A stretch of DNA of 52,563 nucleotides, counting the filler, from Bipalium vagum (Eukaryota), in the NCBI GenBank assembly GCA_037834085.1. It is 3 parts of 3 records of this genome, joined end to end, with 100 filler letters (N's around TTAATTAATTAA, not from the genome) between each part and the next. Parts side by side here need not be neighbours in the genome. Positions count along the whole stretch, not along the records: positions 35,228 to 52,563 come from JBBMKC010070731.1; 2 more parts are not named here. One strand, written 5' to 3'. The notes below the pieces were generated by a model. That model saw only the letters and a program-made list of their open reading frames with translations. It had not been told where the DNA came from and did no database searches. Shown piece after piece: positions 49,035 to 52,563 of this stretch. Numbering within the stretch: position 1 is the stretch's first letter; each line of letters opens with the position of its first letter. Both the position numbers and the translations under genes were made by a program.

Positions 49035-51322
49035 CTATGGCATTTCTCTTTTGTTCTTTCCAATATTTTTAAAATATCTCCAAACAAAATTAGGCTTTTT
49101 ATTGTTTTGCATTTGTAAGGTATTTCTGAGTTTGGTTTCTTGGTGGGGATCCTTGAATGGATTAAATAGAGGTACTTCATGTTCTGAATTGAACTTAACC
49201 ATGGGATCCATATCCCTTGACTGGAAGCAGACAGAAGAAGAATGTTGATTAATGTTGGTCTCGTTTCTCTCATTCATTCTAAAATTTCTGCTGTCTGCGG
49301 ATCCATCTAGATCGGAATTCAAGGAGATTTCCTCAGAGAGATTAACTCTGGCTTTATGTTGCTGCTTAATGTCACCTTTTCCCATTATAGGAAAGATAGA
49401 ATCATATTCCATATCATTGGTCATTTCCATGGTTAAACGACCAAGGCTTTCATCATTGTAAGCTAAGCTGGAAGAATAATATTTAATTTCCATTCCAGTT
49501 TCTCTAGGTGAAATGAGCTCAACATCATCATTTCTTATGGAATTACATAACTTTTCGGAGAACCGAACTAGATCTTCACTTTGTGGTTTTTCTTCCAAAG
49601 GATTGTAGAAGGACTCATTCGACGAAATATCACTTTGTAACCAGGAATCCTCGGTCGAATATAGAACAGATTCAGAAGACGCAGTGAGGGTTTTCGGAAC
49701 ATCTTTGCTTCCCAAATCCTTTTCACCTATAATATTTAAAGGTGCAAGAGACTGTATCAATAAATTATTATCGACATTTCTTTCAGGCAGAATTGGTGGA
49801 TCCATGGAAGGATTCACAAACCTCACGATGTCCTAAAGGTATCGGAACAATTAAATCAGTGTCTTTGTAAATGTTTATTTATATAAATAAAGTGATAATA
49901 TATAAAATGAGTCTTCAAAGGATAATTTTAAGTTATAAAACAGCGAGGAACTTACAATTGGTCTTTCTGGAAGCGCAGATATGATGAAGGACTTTTTGTT
50001 CTTTTGAATCATTCTAAAATTGAATACCCGATATTAATCTTTTTACTTTCATTTGATGTCGACCCTTACCTGTAAGCGTATTCGTTTGTTTTGATCAGAT
50101 CAATCAGAAACTCATTATCTGATGTCTTGAGGGTCTTGGACTTTTTCTCTCCGGAACTGTTAACGAATACAATTCTAAGGTTTCCAAATATTTCATGGCA
50201 GTCTCGGAAATCGTTCCACTTGAAGGTTTTGGTATTCTCTTTGCAAATTGATATTCCCACAGGAGAAATTCCTATTTGAAAATTTTCCGTCTTCGTAGAC
50301 TGAAATAGAGTTATTGATTGGTCAAACACTGAGCAAGAATACTTACCCTTGCATGATACCGCTCCTGTCCGTAGTCAGGAAGATCTGAGACGTCCTTGAT
50401 GAAATCGAGATCGGCTTCGAAAGATGTATAGTAACTAAATGATAAATTATTATAGTATTCATTTAAGACAATTCCGAAGTACCTCAGTGATTTATAAACC
50501 TCAATGAAGTCCCTCTTCAGCGATTTATCATTCATGATCTCAGTGTTGAGTAAGATTTCCTTTCCAAGGTGAAGCTTTTCCAAAACACTCTTTTCGAAGC
50601 CTCCAAACTGACCATAAAACAACTTGGCAGACAAATAGTTACTGAGATCCTGAGAACATTTGATTCTATATAAATAAAAGTAACAATAATAACATAAAAT
50701 AATAAATTCCTCATACTTTTTATGTCGAACATCGTTCTTGAGCTGTTCGATGAGATAGTACATGGTCATGTAGTCCTCCAGGTATGCACAGTTCGGAGGA
50801 TAAAACTGGAACATGAAGATGAATGTTATATTTTTTATTCCTTCTAAATGAGAGAAACATAATATTTTCTATTTATTTATTTATTTCTTACTCATTGTCT
50901 TCAAGATATTTTCTTCACTGCTTATCCATCTCTAAAGGTATCATTATAAAAGTTGAGAGTTCCATTGAAGACTTACCTTATTCCCACGAGACTTGGAAAG
51001 GTACTGAAGGCCGAAGTATTGTTTTTCAATAATAAACAGATCTTTGCAAACCTTGGTGATCAAGTCCGACCCTTTATAAAATTTCTAAAATATATATTAA
51101 ACCAATATTGATAAAACGGCACCAGCGTACATTCAATGTATAAATTTTGACCTCTTCGTTAAAGAGTCGAATATGACAGGTGTACTTTTTAGCGTTCATG
51201 TTATCCAAGTTCTCATGGAAATACAATTCTTTGGTTCTTCTTTTTTCCATCGCTAAATCCTTATACCTCTCAAGCCGTGGAATGTCAATGGAGGAGTAAT
51301 ACGTATATTCATCTGAACTCAT
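49035..51322 (-). CDS. Divergent FERM-domain (band 4.1-like) protein, 9 exons: 51322-51131, 51084-50977, 50931-50892, 50843-50717, 50665-50483, 50434-50347, 50299-50070, 50013-49956, 49832-49035
   Basis: CHIRLFNEE, KGSDLITKVCKDLFIIEKQYFGLQY, FMFQFYPP, YYLIEQLKNDV, EADLDFI...LPDYG, IGISPVGISI, TFKW span FERM lobes F1-F3. Seven introns of 45-56 nt and one of 123 nt keep the frame. The tail is Ser/acidic and low complexity. Confidence 0.9.
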
Positions 51323-52113
51323 TTTCTTAAAGAAATAAATGTGCGAAATTTTTTAAACGTTTCTTATATACTTTTTTACGGGAAAAAATTACGCAACTTC
51401 AGTAAGTATCCGAACGGACTTTATCCGTAATTTAATATTTAGGGAAATGATGAATTTGAGGGACAACGTGTACATCGTTAGTTCTAGTAATGGAAGGACG
51501 TTCAATGAAACGAGACAATATTTAGAATAGTTTATCTTATAATTATGTAGTAGTAGAACGATTCATTAACTTAACTCAAGTAGTAACATGAAAGAGTCAA
51601 CTAAACAGGTTCCGTAGTTTTCGTATACACCATATGAAGAATTGGAGAGTAAGAACGAAAACAAATGTGAAAAGGTAATCTTCATATAGACAAATGATGA
51701 AGAAATGAATACTTGATGAGTGTTGAAAGTAGTAAAATACAAATATGTAAGATCTCAATTTAAAGTTTGATTGGTCTCTGTTAAATGATCGTACTGAACC
51801 AAATCTGTAGAAATTACAGATTTATACGATCGCAGATTTTTTGGCATTGTTGAATAATGTCATAACATGAAAGTTTGCTAAAAAAATGTTAAAGCAGAAA
51901 TCAACGAAACTTAAATATTTTTCATAAACAAATCAGCCAATCAAAATTGACAAGTCAAATAATAACGAGATTTTTTAAAATATGTAAGTGAATCTTAAAT
52001 ATCCCGAAATGTTTAAAAAAAAAGGGAAATATTTTTCCTGGATAAATTATTATTAATTACATAATAAAATTAAATATAAAGACATTTTGACAAATGAAAA
52101 ATAACTTAGAAAT

Positions 52114-52547
52114 ATGACCGATACTGAAAATTACTATTATTTCAATCTACTCAACAATTCCAGATTTGAAAGGTATCAAGCCTCGGCGATGGAAACCAGA
52201 AAGACCTCCAAATTGCATTGCAATGAGGACCTGGATCAAAAGAAGACAAAGACGTTTACCTGTGAGGTTCGACTCTTCAATGAGGTTGTCAAAATGTATG
52301 AGTTCAATGTAAGCTTCTATCGTCTTATGAATAAAGGTTTAATATTTCCCACAGAAATCGTACAAGGGATCCGATCTGATCACTAAGATTTGTAAGGACC
52401 TCAATATCATAGAAACACAATACTTTGGCCTGCAGTACCTTTCCAAGTCTCGTGGGAATAAAGTAAGTCTTCAGTGGAACACTCGTCTTTTATAATGATA
52501 CCTTTAGAGATGGATAAGCAGTGAAGAAAATATCTTGAAGACAATGA
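52114..52547 (+). CDS. Second FERM-domain paralog, divergently transcribed, runs off the window; exons 52114-52308, 52355-52462, 52508-52547
   Basis: CEVRLFNEVVK, KGSDLITKICKDLNIIETQYFGLQYLSKSRGNK, RWISSEENILKTM. Same intron positions and lengths (46 and 45 nt) as the minus-strand copy. Confidence 0.9.
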
Positions 52548-52563
52548 GTAAGAAATAAATAAA

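Overview
Very AT-rich eukaryotic (animal) genomic DNA with GT-AG introns that are either about 45-56 nt or kb-sized and filled with transposons. An invertebrate such as a flatworm is plausible but cannot be shown from sequence alone. (1) 1-3909: the end of a decayed Polinton/Maverick (adintovirus-type) endogenous DNA virus, carrying major capsid, A32/FtsK packaging ATPase, minor capsid (penton) and a conserved adintovirus protein, and ending in a 5'-AGTAGT terminus. (2) An intact two-exon taspase-1 gene. (3) An unrecognised spliced gene with three degenerate RRM-like units. (4) A graveyard of DNA transposons: mariner, Tc1, DD37D, DD41D, IS630-like, pogo/Tigger, hAT, Merlin and MITEs. (5) A CNDP2-like M20 dipeptidase gene whose catalytic Glu is replaced by Gln; its last exon is not visible. 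(6) Two head-to-head FERM-domain paralogs with a sharp step in sequence identity, suggesting gene conversion. Two N44-TTAATTAATTAA-N44 spacers look like artificial contig joins, so adjacency across 18797-18896 and 35128-35227 is not guaranteed. All family calls come from manual translation and recalled motifs; no database search was run.
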